64,000 nt of DNA from a virus (lineage: Duplodnaviria; Caudoviricetes): IMG/VR virus record IMGVR_UViG_2936984999_000001, positions 1 through 64,000 of that record; one strand, 5' to 3'. Made by a program: the position numbers and the translations under genes. The stretch's first letter is position 1, and each line of letters opens with the position of its first letter. A model generated the notes under the pieces. The model saw only the letters and a list, made by a program, of their open reading frames with translations, did not search any database and was not told where the DNA came from. This document shows, piece after piece, positions 18,916 through 28,375 of the stretch.

Positions 18916-19949
18916 ATCCTATCTGTTAACGGATATACATTATTTTCCAATAAGTATTCCCATCTGTCTTTATTATCCGATGGAGATTCTTTCTCACCTG
19001 TTAGCTGATTGTCTTTGTCGAACATATAATACGCTGGAATGCCATCTGGTAATTTATCTGAAATTCTTATCACATCGTCAAGAACAACATCTTTATCAAA
19101 ACAAAATACAATCTTAACGCCAAGTCTAATTAGCATATCTAACTGATGTCTTGAAATATTCTTTCCTCCTGTAGATACTGCATTTTTATATCCATAGGAC
19201 CATAGCTGCATTACACCTTTTTCAGATTCAACAACATATACGACTCCTAACCTTTTAATATATGGAAGCGTTTTATTCAATCCGAACAGAATTTTTGATT
19301 TTGCACATTTCTCCAAATACAAATATTTACACTCAGATTCATCAACCTCTTTTTGAAATAATCGACCCTTCACTCCGACTAAATCACCAATCTCTGAATA
19401 TATTGGAATTGTTATCCTATTTGTTTCGGTATCATAGCCAATCTGAAATTCTTTCTGAGTTGAATAACTAATCCCATCTTCATAAAATAAGTCATTCACG
19501 TAAGGTTTGTAATAGCCAAGTATTTCAATAGGTATTGGTTTTAATGGGACTTCTTTCTCATCAGTTTGTTCAGTAGACATTTCATTAACTAGCTTTAATA
19601 TCTTTAAACTCTCAGGTATATCTGATTCAAAGTCATGATAATAAGAAATTCCAACCTCTTGACATATAAATTTCAGTCCTTCTGGAAATGATAGTTTTTC
19701 ACAAAAGCAAACTAAATCAATAATATCAGTAGCTCTGTCTGTTTCAATCATTCGTCTCGTATAGTTTGTACATGATAAATTTTCCGTATTATATATTACG
19801 ATTGCACCGGTATTATCACCGTCTGGATTTCCGCAGGTCCAATAATCTCTATGAAATTTAATATGATGGCAGTGAATCGCATCAAGAATCTGTTCCACAT
19901 AATTATTTTCTAATATATATTCCTTTAATTCTCTAGCATCCACTGCCAA
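18912..19949 (-). CDS. dnaG: DNA primase (DnaG/Toprim type)
   Basis: RITIPIY, VGVKGR, KYLY, VVESEK, FCFDKD; lies between helicase and RecJ. Confidence 0.8.
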   Translation of the reverse strand: MAVDARELKEYILENNYVEQILDAIHCHHIKFHRDYWTCGNPDGDNTGAIVIYNTENLSCTNYTRRMIETDRATDIIDLVCFCEKLSFPEGLKFICQEVGISYYHDFESDIPESLKILKLVNEMSTEQTDEKEVPLKPIPIEILGYYKPYVNDLFYEDGISYSTQKEFQIGYDTETNRITIPIYSEIGDLVGVKGRLFQKEVDESECKYLYLEKCAKSKILFGLNKTLPYIKRLGVVYVVESEKGVMQLWSYGYKNAVSTGGKNISRHQLDMLIRLGVKIVFCFDKDVVLDDVIRISDKLPDGIPAYYMFDKDNQLTGEKESPSDNKDRWEYLLENNVYPLTDRM

Positions 19950-19961
19950 TCACCTCACTAA

Positions 19962-21524
19962 TTATTTTTGTCTTTGTATCAACTGTCCAATATTTATCCA
20001 AGTATTATAGTCAAGATTAATTTCAAACAACATAATCTTGTCCTTACTTCCGGCTCTATTTTTATCAATTTTAATTGCAAAATATTGCTTACCTAAATCT
20101 AAGTCAGATATTGTAGGATCACCCCATCCAGGAGTGTCACATATCATCTGATATTTGTGGTATTCACTCTTTTCAATCATCTTTCCAAGAGTAAGAGTGT
20201 CAGTAACATGTTTAATACCTTTACTAGATGCAATATTCATTGAGCTTAATTGGAACACATCTGTAAACTTACTATCATCAGATAACTGGAACACTGCAAA
20301 GCCAAACATTTTAAGTTCTTTGGTAATCTCCTTAAGCTTAGTTGCAATCTGCTTTAACTGTGCCCAGTCTTCTACTTGATAGTTCTTCAATGTATCATAA
20401 CCATAATAGGTTACTTCATTTACAAGCTTCGCCTTACGTAATTCAAATTCAATACGTTCCATAGAGTAATCGTCCTGGACATCTTTGTACAAAAGCTTAC
20501 CTTTTGTATTCTCATCAATCCATTCTCCTACTTGAACGATTTTATGATACTCATCTGAATCACGTTCAACCCTTTCTATATACTCTTCTTCTGATTCTGT
20601 ATAGATACCATTCTCATCTATATGCCTACGAATTATCTCACCGTTTCTATCTCTGTACGCGCCCAAAACAATCTCACGTTCTGGCTTCTTAATCTTAATA
20701 CCATGCAGTTCTTGATACTCTTTATTATTGATTACAGTAACAATCATACAGTTTTTAAGGTCATCTTCATCCATCTCGTTGGACATAAGAAGAAAGTTTT
20801 TATGCTGTACCAAAGTTACATAAGCTGCTAATGCAATAAGCTTTCGAGATTTACCACCATTTGAGATAAAGCCCTCAAAGTGCGTTTTACCCTCTCGCAT
20901 CCCAAGAAAGAATTCATTGTACATTGGCCAGGGATATGGAAGACCAAAGTTTGGTTTCTTCAGATATCTTTTAATCTGATCAGCATTACCTTTTGTAAGC
21001 TCTACAGCTTCCTCTCCTGCATTAATTACAGTATGAATTTTATCTGCTTTTGCTCTGATAACCCTGTAAATATCGTTAGCTGTCATCTTATCAAAATTCT
21101 TATGAGCAAGAATTTTATCGACAGGATAACCGTTTCTTCCGTATTCCCTAACAAGCGAGTATTTCTTTACTGTATCAAAATAATTCTTAATGTCATTCGT
21201 ATCTGCCAAGCGCATAAATTCACTAATTGTCTTCCAACCGTGATATTTCTTATAATTACTCATTCGCTCGGCATCCTGTGACATAAATACATTTAGTTTT
21301 GTTTCATCAACTGTTTGGGAAAATTTAAGATAGTAAGTTTCAAGACATTTATAAAAGAAATAGACTACTTCATCAGAAAAGTCATATTGGGGTCGCATAA
21401 AATTGCCATATGTAACATACAAGTCCGGAGATTTGTATAATGATCCAACAAACATGATTTCAGATTGTACATTACATACATTATTAATTTCTTCCATCTG
21501 CCATTCCTTATCCAAAAATATCAA
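19962..21524 (-). CDS. DnaB-like replicative helicase
   Basis: Walker A-like SNGGKSR, SNEM, VFQL, IDKNRAG; SPbeta yorI-like position. Confidence 0.8.
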   Translation of the reverse strand: MIFLDKEWQMEEINNVCNVQSEIMFVGSLYKSPDLYVTYGNFMRPQYDFSDEVVYFFYKCLETYYLKFSQTVDETKLNVFMSQDAERMSNYKKYHGWKTISEFMRLADTNDIKNYFDTVKKYSLVREYGRNGYPVDKILAHKNFDKMTANDIYRVIRAKADKIHTVINAGEEAVELTKGNADQIKRYLKKPNFGLPYPWPMYNEFFLGMREGKTHFEGFISNGGKSRKLIALAAYVTLVQHKNFLLMSNEMDEDDLKNCMIVTVINNKEYQELHGIKIKKPEREIVLGAYRDRNGEIIRRHIDENGIYTESEEEYIERVERDSDEYHKIVQVGEWIDENTKGKLLYKDVQDDYSMERIEFELRKAKLVNEVTYYGYDTLKNYQVEDWAQLKQIATKLKEITKELKMFGFAVFQLSDDSKFTDVFQLSSMNIASSKGIKHVTDTLTLGKMIEKSEYHKYQMICDTPGWGDPTISDLDLGKQYFAIKIDKNRAGSKDKIMLFEINLDYNTWINIGQLIQRQK

Positions 21525-22350
21525 TTAGTAAATCGTCCAAGGAGTCATCACTATTATTATTTGTTTCAACTGTTTTTGGCTGTGGAGCAGTTGTTAATAT
21601 TAATTTTTCATCAGTTTTATCTGATTGAGCTTCTGCCTCTAAGATTTTTTGTTTTTCAAGGAATTTTAAGTAAGAATCATATTTGTTATATAAGACTTTT
21701 AAATCATATTTAACTCTTAATACGCCTATTATCTCTTTACCTTTAGCAATATTCTGTGCATTGATTTTATCCAGATAAGATTGTTTACGCACAAACATGT
21801 CATATAAATGCTTTGGTGGGATTTTAACACCATATCTACCATCATATAGTGCTGCTATAGAATCCCATGGGACTGTCTGAATATCATACTGTTTTCGGAT
21901 ATAATCATTAACAAGCTTTTCATCAAAGATTCTATCTACCTCTTTGACAGCTGCTATCTCATATTCATTTAACTTTGTAATATCCTTTTTTCTTCCATTA
22001 AAAACACCTACAATCTTTACATACGCATCCTCTTTATACTCTGGAATATTTTCCATAAATATTGGTTTATCTGAATATTTCTTTCTAAAACAATCTTCGT
22101 GCCAATATTTATTTTTAAATACAAGAATACCTTCCTGATCTGCATCCTCAATAATAATATCTTTTGAGCAGCCACCACATTTTCTGTGGAATCCTGCAGA
22201 TTCTTTAAAACACTTTTCGTGATAGAAAAGTCCATCAAAGAATACTACATTTTCCACAGATTTATTTCTTTCAAAATGGATGTGGCGTTGGCAACAATGG
22301 CAAACTCTATCAAATTCATTAACTAAATTATCATTCTTTGCTCGTGCCAT
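21508..22350 (-). CDS. Zn-finger protein, putative helicase loader (YorH-like position)
   Basis: Two CxxC..HxxC motifs; immediately upstream of the helicase. Confidence 0.6.
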   Translation of the reverse strand: MARAKNDNLVNEFDRVCHCCQRHIHFERNKSVENVVFFDGLFYHEKCFKESAGFHRKCGGCSKDIIIEDADQEGILVFKNKYWHEDCFRKKYSDKPIFMENIPEYKEDAYVKIVGVFNGRKKDITKLNEYEIAAVKEVDRIFDEKLVNDYIRKQYDIQTVPWDSIAALYDGRYGVKIPPKHLYDMFVRKQSYLDKINAQNIAKGKEIIGVLRVKYDLKVLYNKYDSYLKFLEKQKILEAEAQSDKTDEKLILTTAPQPKTVETNNNSDDSLDDLLIDIFG

Positions 22351-22361
22351 AATTTATCCAA

Positions 22362-22643
22362 TCAGTTTTTCATTGTCTCAATAACTTCCTGTAATACAGA
22401 AATATCATTTACATTCTTGTATGCAGTTGGTAAACCTTTTGCTTCAAGTTTTTCTTTAAGGGATTTTTTTGCGACTGGAGAAAGAGAATTTTTAATAGAT
22501 ACGATTTCTTTACGAAGATCATCTGGTGTTGGTGATGTGGAAGTGGATGTGTCGGATGATGTTGTATCTTCTGTAACAGGATCGCCAACCTTTCCAAGAA
22601 CTTCTTTAGCATATAGATCCTGCTCAACTTCGACTGCTTGTCG
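22362..22643 (-). pseudogene. Start-less 3' gene fragment (93 codons), probably the C-terminus of the gene normally upstream of the loader
   Basis: Frame RQAVEVEQDLYAKEVLGKVGDPV..GLPTAYKNV..ETMKN*; preceded by an in-frame TGA; the RBS plus ATG at 22647 is out of frame. Confidence 0.65.
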
Positions 22644-22703
22644 TCATATTATTTCTCCTTATAAAAATAAATTATCCTCTCATACATGTTTGTCTTATTT
22701 ATT

Positions 22704-22919
22704 TTAAAGTCTCCCTTCAATAATAATTCTTTCCATTTCCTTAACTACTTCTTCTCTTGTAGTATTATTCATACTAAATCTTTCGATAACTATACAACCA
22801 GCTCCAGGCATGTGCTTTAACTCACAACAAATCTGCCAACCGTCCTCTTCACCAGTATATCTTCCTGTCAGTGCGTCATAGCAGCTAATTTCTTTTGCAT
22901 CTTTAATATCTTTTAACAT
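22704..22919 (-). CDS. Hypothetical early protein
   Basis: Start MLKDIK after GGAGG. Confidence 0.6.
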   Translation of the reverse strand: MLKDIKDAKEISCYDALTGRYTGEEDGWQICCELKHMPGAGCIVIERFSMNNTTREEVVKEMERIIIEGRL

Positions 22920-22920
22920 A

Positions 22921-23127
22921 TTAAGCCCTCCATCTTTTCTCGACAGTATCATATAAGGCTCCATTAGCATCCTGATAATCAACATCTTTTGAATATGTAA
23001 ACTTGTAACATTTATGTCCATTTAGATACACTGTACTTTTATTTCCATTTTCCATTGCGTATCTCTCTCTGAATCCGGCAGCATTGTATGCTTCAACCGT
23101 ATCTGGTTTTCTAAATCTTTTAACCAT
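22921..23127 (-). CDS. Hypothetical early protein
   Basis: Start MVKRFRK, coupled to the upstream stop. Confidence 0.6.
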   Translation of the reverse strand: MVKRFRKPDTVEAYNAAGFRERYAMENGNKSTVYLNGHKCYKFTYSKDVDYQDANGALYDTVEKRWRA

Positions 23128-23365
23128 ACAACTCACGCTCTCTTTCATCATTTAATTTTAATCTTAGTTTTCCTTGAACACATCCATAAAGCCAACCATC
23201 CAGGTACTCAATGCTATAGCAATACTGGATATATGAATCACTATCCTCCGGATAAAACACATAAAAGCCTTTACCACAATTTTCTTTCTCAATACGAACT
23301 GTTCCAAAATTATGTACGAAAGCTTTTAGGTTACTTTTAATTAGATTTCTCTCTCTTTCAGTCAT
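23120..23365 (-). CDS. Hypothetical early protein
   Basis: 81 aa, GAGGTGG RBS, ATGA overlap. Confidence 0.65.
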   Translation of the reverse strand: MTERERNLIKSNLKAFVHNFGTVRIEKENCGKGFYVFYPEDSDSYIQYCYSIEYLDGWLYGCVQGKLRLKLNDERERELYG

Positions 23366-23622
23366 GCCACCACCTCTAATTTATTCCACCACAACTTTCC
23401 ACCACCTGGAAGATTGTAAAATAAAAGGAATGAATTTATATGCCGCATTGTTGTAGCACTATATCCATCCCATAACTTCTCAAAATTTCCATTATGTATT
23501 CTAGCAACCAATGTTGAATAACTTATCAGACATATATCTCCATTATCGTGTTCAATTACTTTTGCCTTTCCATAAAAACTTTTTCGTGTTCCATCCATTA
23601 CAGGTAAATCAAATCCTTTCAT
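23362..23622 (-). CDS. Hypothetical early protein
   Basis: 86 aa, GGAGG RBS; SFYGKA..YSATTMRH. Confidence 0.7.
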   Translation of the reverse strand: MKGFDLPVMDGTRKSFYGKAKVIEHDNGDICLISYSTLVARIHNGNFEKLWDGYSATTMRHINSFLLFYNLPGGGKLWWNKLEVVA

Positions 23623-23970
23623 GTAGTACCTCCATCACTCATCCGTATTCCAGCGTTTACACCGAACATTACTTTTATTAAACTCATGTCCAGGTTTTGC
23701 TACCGGAATGCGTTTTGCCTTGTTAATCTCTTTCTGTTTCTTTTTCGGCAACTTTTTAAATTCATCAGCTGCCATATTTTCTAATTTAGTCATCGTTTTC
23801 TCCCTCTCCCTCATAAAATACCATTGGGAAACTGTCTATTTTTAAATGCATCTTTTCAATCCACAGATGCGCCAGTTCTGATTTTTTAAAACCTCTTTTA
23901 ATTTTAAGATTTCCTTCATCATCGATCCACTCTACTCTATACATTAAAATACCTCCGTAGATTATAATTT

Positions 23971-24171
23971 TTACCTAAAATTATTTTGCAGATAAATGTA
24001 GCTTCCACATCTTACCTTGTCTGCATCTTTATCCCAGTATCCTAACTTAACCATTCCCTTTACAGATCCAGTTCTGTGAATTGATGCTCCTTTATCAGAA
24101 AAACGTTTTCCTGTTTTTGCTTCATACTCTTTTGGACTATGGTAATATGCCATTTCCATTGCTCCTTTCAC
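23971..24171 (-). CDS. Hypothetical early protein
   Basis: ORF with AAAGGAG RBS before MEMAYY. Confidence 0.6.
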   Translation of the reverse strand: MKGAMEMAYYHSPKEYEAKTGKRFSDKGASIHRTGSVKGMVKLGYWDKDADKVRCGSYIYLQNNFR

Positions 24172-24539
24172 TAAAACTCATACATTAGTAATAGCCACTC
24201 TTCTTCTGTCAAAACATCAGCATCATCAGACGTGAGAGCATCTAATATATTTTCATGCCTTTCACAGAACTCTTTTGTAACATCTTCTCTAATATCGTCA
24301 TAAGAAAAGAACAATTCTTTCTGCTCACATTTTCCAAACAATAATTTCTGGCAGTCTGGACAATACCCAGTTTTCAAAAATTCCCTTACTGTTGGACTTG
24401 TGTTTGAAAGGGCATTCTGAATCAAGCTTCCATATGCAATATATTTTTTGTACTGATCATATTCAACTTCTGTTAATTTAACAAAATATGTTTTACCGCA
24501 CATTGGGCATTCTTTTTTTACAATTTTTGAATATTCCAT
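24171..24539 (-). CDS. Zn-ribbon hypothetical protein
   Basis: CPMC..CPDC; GGAGGAG RBS. Confidence 0.7.
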   Translation of the reverse strand: MEYSKIVKKECPMCGKTYFVKLTEVEYDQYKKYIAYGSLIQNALSNTSPTVREFLKTGYCPDCQKLLFGKCEQKELFFSYDDIREDVTKEFCERHENILDALTSDDADVLTEEEWLLLMYEF

Positions 24540-24565
24540 TTTTCTCCTCCGATCAAATACGAATT

Positions 24566-24724
24566 TTATTTTCCTTCAAATACAATCATTACTTGTAAAT
24601 TTTTTTCTTCATCCTCAATAATAAAAGAAACATCATGTTGTTCATCATTGTTATTGTCAAAAATAGTTACATCCGATTCTGGATCGTAATGCTTTAATCC
24701 CTCAATTAACTGACCTACTGTCAT
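24566..24724 (-). CDS. Small hypothetical protein (52 aa)
   Basis: Manual translation MTVGQLIEGLKHYDPESDV..; AAGGGAG RBS. Confidence 0.6.
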   Translation of the reverse strand: MTVGQLIEGLKHYDPESDVTIFDNNNDEQHDVSFIIEDEEKNLQVMIVFEGK

Positions 24725-24741
24725 AGTTTTCATCTCCCTTT

Positions 24742-25152
24742 CTAATTTGCATGATCATAACTATAACCATTTTCTGCCACATATTTATCAAGAGCTTCAA
24801 ACATATCTCTTTCAAGCTGCTCTGCCCAATTGTCTGATTCCCAATTTACATTAATATCATGATCGACATAATCATCAGATCTCCAATCATCTTCATTATC
24901 TCCACATTTAATACATGAAAAATAATTGATAATCGGACGTTTATCTCCAGGATGCTCTCCAACCTGTTCGTATGTCATTAAATTTACCTCAATGTCTACA
25001 TAACCGATTTCAAGAATAGCAATTCCTCTTTCCGGATCACCATTCTCATATAACCTCTTCATGTAGTTATTTCGAATATCTTCAATATCACTTTCAATTC
25101 CATTAAGCACAAACTTATAGTCTGGTCTCTTTTTCGCTTCCTCGAATGTCAT
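24742..25152 (-). CDS. Hypothetical acidic protein
   Basis: 136 aa, AAGGGAG RBS. Confidence 0.7.
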   Translation of the reverse strand: MTFEEAKKRPDYKFVLNGIESDIEDIRNNYMKRLYENGDPERGIAILEIGYVDIEVNLMTYEQVGEHPGDKRPIINYFSCIKCGDNEDDWRSDDYVDHDINVNWESDNWAEQLERDMFEALDKYVAENGYSYDHAN

Positions 25153-25181
25153 GTTTTCATCTCCCTTACAAAATGCGGATT

Positions 25182-25349
25182 TTATAGTTCTGTTACATCA
25201 GCCCAGCTATCACTGCAATTCTCTGGACCATCTTCTTTGCCTTCTCTAATTCGTTCTAGAAGAATTTCTACTGCTTCTTTCGGCGAGTTTGCTTCAATTT
25301 CATAATTTTCTTCATAGGTTTCGTGATAAGTTACACTATACTTTTTCAT
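25182..25349 (-). CDS. Small hypothetical protein (55 aa)
   Basis: Manual translation MKKYSVTYHETYEENYEIEANSPKEA.. Confidence 0.6.
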   Translation of the reverse strand: MKKYSVTYHETYEENYEIEANSPKEAVEILLERIREGKEDGPENCSDSWADVTEL

Positions 25350-25350
25350 T

Positions 25351-25530
25351 TTAATTTTCCTTTCTTGCTCTTAAAATTTCTGACGCAATATATTCGGTTC
25401 CCACATAAGTGGCTGGTTCATCATTCTCATATGATTTATTTCTAGAAATTTCTTTTGCTTCTTCCGGATCATCTGCATCAACAACAGAGTAACGCTCGTA
25501 AACTTTTCTTTCGAGTACTATATATTGCAT
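25351..25530 (-). CDS. Small hypothetical protein (59 aa)
   Basis: Manual translation MQYIVLERKVYERYSVVDADDPEEA.. Confidence 0.55.
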   Translation of the reverse strand: MQYIVLERKVYERYSVVDADDPEEAKEISRNKSYENDEPATYVGTEYIASEILRARKEN

Positions 25531-25556
25531 GTAAAATTCCCCTTAAAATTTCCGTT

Positions 25557-25811
25557 TTATGCCATTCTGCGAATTTCAAATTTTACGTTGTGAATGTGAT
25601 CTGTGTTATGTCCACCACCTGCGACAAGTTTTAAATCCTTTTTAATATAATTGATAATCATGTCGTAATCTTCTGGTGAATATAGTCTTTCGTCAAATCC
25701 GTAAGTATCTTCATACTCAAACACTTTTCCTTGGTGCCAACCACCGGCAACATAATTTACATCCGGATGATTCTCGTCAATTTCATATGTAATTTTTCCA
25801 TAGTATTTCAT
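25557..25811 (-). CDS. Hypothetical early protein
   Basis: 84 aa, GGAGG RBS. Confidence 0.65.
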   Translation of the reverse strand: MKYYGKITYEIDENHPDVNYVAGGWHQGKVFEYEDTYGFDERLYSPEDYDMIINYIKKDLKLVAGGGHNTDHIHNVKFEIRRMA

Positions 25812-26063
25812 TCAATCATCTACCTCCTTCGGTCTTTCTACTTCACCAATAAAATTTACATAGCATTCATGAAAGACTGTAATTTTATTATTAGCACCAT
25901 CGTACGTATCAATCCATGAAGATAATACACGAAAATTTTTTCTTGCTTTTAATATAATTTCTTTTGCATCTTTAATGGTTGTACAACTGTCTTGCATTGA
26001 GCATAACCATGGCTTACTATTTTCACTATCTTGTATAATTACAGATGCATAATATAATTTCAT
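25812..26063 (-). CDS. Hypothetical early protein
   Basis: 83 aa, GAGG RBS. Confidence 0.6.
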   Translation of the reverse strand: MKLYYASVIIQDSENSKPWLCSMQDSCTTIKDAKEIILKARKNFRVLSSWIDTYDGANNKITVFHECYVNFIGEVERPKEVDD

Positions 26064-26069
26064 TTTCCA

Positions 26070-26636
26070 TTACCTCATTATTTCTGTTATTAGTCCAGGA
26101 ATTACATATCCAAGATCAATAGAAATATATTCATTAAACTCCTCTAATTCTTTCATTTCACTTTCGCTTGGAATGATAGCTCCCATAATTTTACAAACAT
26201 CATCTTTAGTTCCACCATTGTCTAGGATTCTATGAAGAGTATCTTCCAAAGCTCCTGTAATATCATCGCTTCCATTACTAATAATGCATTCTCTCCATAA
26301 GTAATCACCAGTAAATTTGTAATAAAGAATTTCTTCTCCATCATTAAGAAGACCTTTTAAATTTCGATCTTCCCATTCTGCTTCTTTAAGAGACATAATC
26401 CAATCATCCAAATATCCATATACCGTATCTGGATCATCTGCTATCCAATCTCTAAATTGTTTATCATCACATGCTGGACTATTAATTCTTGGATTACCTT
26501 CTTCTATATACTGTTCATACAAGGCATTTTCTAAGTCCCAGTAATTAAACAATCTGTTTTTATACCGAACATCTGGGTAATATATATTACTATGATAAAT
26601 AAATTCAACACCAGGAACGTTGTAAAAATTACCCAT
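26070..26636 (-). CDS. Hypothetical early protein
   Basis: 188 aa ORF. Confidence 0.7.
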   Translation of the reverse strand: MGNFYNVPGVEFIYHSNIYYPDVRYKNRLFNYWDLENALYEQYIEEGNPRINSPACDDKQFRDWIADDPDTVYGYLDDWIMSLKEAEWEDRNLKGLLNDGEEILYYKFTGDYLWRECIISNGSDDITGALEDTLHRILDNGGTKDDVCKIMGAIIPSESEMKELEEFNEYISIDLGYVIPGLITEIMR

Positions 26637-26705
26637 TTTACTTCACCCACTTTCTATTTACATACATTCAATTAACCAATCAGGATATCATTTCCCCTTA
26701 CCTCA

Positions 26706-26939
26706 CTAAACCACATAGAAATATGATTTTCTGATTTCCGGTGCATATTTGTAAAAACCTACGCAGTCAAGACCAACAAATCTCTTACTGGTCATTTTAT
26801 CTTTCTCTTCCTGGGTAAGAAGTCTGTCAATAGTAACACGGATGGCGCTACGACCATCCATCAACCGAACATCTTTAAAATCTACAGTGTCACACTTGAC
26901 GCTATCTGGAAGTAACTCGATCAATTTTGTAATGCTCAT
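26706..26939 (-). CDS. Hypothetical early protein
   Basis: 77 aa, GGAGG RBS. Confidence 0.65.
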   Translation of the reverse strand: MSITKLIELLPDSVKCDTVDFKDVRLMDGRSAIRVTIDRLLTQEEKDKMTSKRFVGLDCVGFYKYAPEIRKSYFYVV

Positions 26940-27344
26940 ATTATTTGTCCTCCGTTTCTCTTACTTCTTTTTCTTTTTGTTTACCACGTTCTCTAATATG
27001 TTCTACCATCCAATCAGCAGAACCATTTCGCTTACAAGTCCTAGCAAATCGTTCATAGAACGGAAGATCTTTCCATCTCGGTTTATTTTTCTTCATTTTT
27101 TCTTGCTCCATCATCTTTTTTGTCATCAGTTTCGTAAGCACATTTTGAACCTGGCAATTTACAAGAACATGATTCATAAGTGCATGTACATTCATCACAT
27201 TTCATTTACCTTACCTCCGTTTTTAATTCATCAGCGTATTATATGCTTCATCCAATGAGCAACTTAACCCAATCATTAACATCATACATTCGTGGGCAGT
27301 TTCTTTAATATATCGTGTTTTTTCTTCTGCGGTTAAATCTCTTT

Positions 27345-27848
27345 TTAATGCAGCTTGCCAGATACCCATGCATTACCAGATATCTCTGCGTCACCAGATA
27401 TCTCTATATTGCCAGATATCTCTGCGTTGCCACGTACACATGCGTTGCCACGTACACATGCGTTGCCACGTACACATGCATTATCATATACTTCTGAGTT
27501 GCCACGTACACATGCGTTGCCACGTACACATGCGTTGCCACGTACACATGCATTATCATATACTTCTGAGTTGCCACGTACACATGCGTTGCCACGTACA
27601 CATGCGTTGCCACGTACACATGCATTATCACGTACACATGCATTATCACGTACACATGCATTATCATATACCTCTGCGTTGCCAAATACCCATGCGTTAC
27701 CATACTGACTTAGATTTTCTTCTTTTTCTATCCATCCTCCTTTTTCTCCGGCAATTATAAGTCCAAAAGAAATAAGTGCTTTAATTCTAAAAAGTTTTTT
27801 ACCACAAATATTAATTTTAGTTTCTGTTGTAAGTTCAAATTTCTTCAT
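27345..27848 (-). CDS. Hexapeptide-repeat (beta-helix) phage protein
   Basis: MKKFELT..LFRIKAL..GEKGGWIEKEENL then (GNACVR)n; GGGAGG RBS. Confidence 0.85.
   Translation of the reverse strand: MKKFELTTETKINICGKKLFRIKALISFGLIIAGEKGGWIEKEENLSQYGNAWVFGNAEVYDNACVRDNACVRDNACVRGNACVRGNACVRGNSEVYDNACVRGNACVRGNACVRGNSEVYDNACVRGNACVRGNACVRGNAEISGNIEISGDAEISGNAWVSGKLH
27424..27683. repeat. 18-bp coding tandem repeat (tgcgttgccacgtacaca and variants), with a 72-bp higher-order duplication
   Basis: Seen directly; encodes the GNACVR/DNACVR hexapeptides. Confidence 0.9.
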
Positions 27849-27876
27849 TTTGTTTTCCTCCCTTAAAAGTTTCATT

Positions 27877-28008
27877 TTATCTCATAAATAAATGAATCCA
27901 GCTCTCATAATGGAAATGACTTCCGTCTGAAAGTGTTACGTCAATATCTACAATTCCAAAGGTAATACCTATAAAGAGAACAAAGAATATAAAATATACG
28001 TATTTCAA
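27877..28008 (-). CDS. Small membrane protein (43 aa)
   Basis: TTG start, MKYVYFIFFVLFIGITFGIVDIDVTLSDGSHFHYESWIHLFMR. Confidence 0.5.
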   Translation of the reverse strand: MKYVYFIFFVLFIGITFGIVDIDVTLSDGSHFHYESWIHLFMR

Positions 28009-28283
28009 CAATCCCACTCTCCTTTGCAATATAAAATGTCCATAGCATCCTCTAAATCTAAGTCATAATGACCAAAGTTTAGCGACTGTGTGGTTTCATT
28101 CCAACATGTCCACACTGCATACTTCCCAGTTGTCTTGTGCTGTGCCATTACCCTATAAAGATAAGTTTCGGTTAATTTTTGTCGAACTGATACAAGATTA
28201 TAATTTTCAACTCCATGTCCAGCTGAAAAGTAAGACCGAACATTTTTATAAACTTTTGATGTTGCTTCAATTGTTGATGCCAT
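28005..28283 (-). CDS. Hypothetical early protein
   Basis: 92 aa, AAGGGAG RBS. Confidence 0.65.
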   Translation of the reverse strand: MASTIEATSKVYKNVRSYFSAGHGVENYNLVSVRQKLTETYLYRVMAQHKTTGKYAVWTCWNETTQSLNFGHYDLDLEDAMDILYCKGEWDC

Positions 28284-28375
28284 AATTTTTATCTCCCTTC
28301 TTGCTTATATAATTTGAGGGCAACAAGTTTTAATTTCGCTTGCTACCCTCTACTTCTTAGTTTATGTAAAGTTTG

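Noticed and set aside
1344-22707. Plus-strand ORFs in the left arm (and most minus-strand ORFs in the right arm)
   Set aside because: Antisense shadows of well-supported genes, without RBS or motifs
27424-27683. Possible CRISPR array
   Set aside because: Contiguous 18-bp units with no unique spacers; they encode an in-frame hexapeptide repeat
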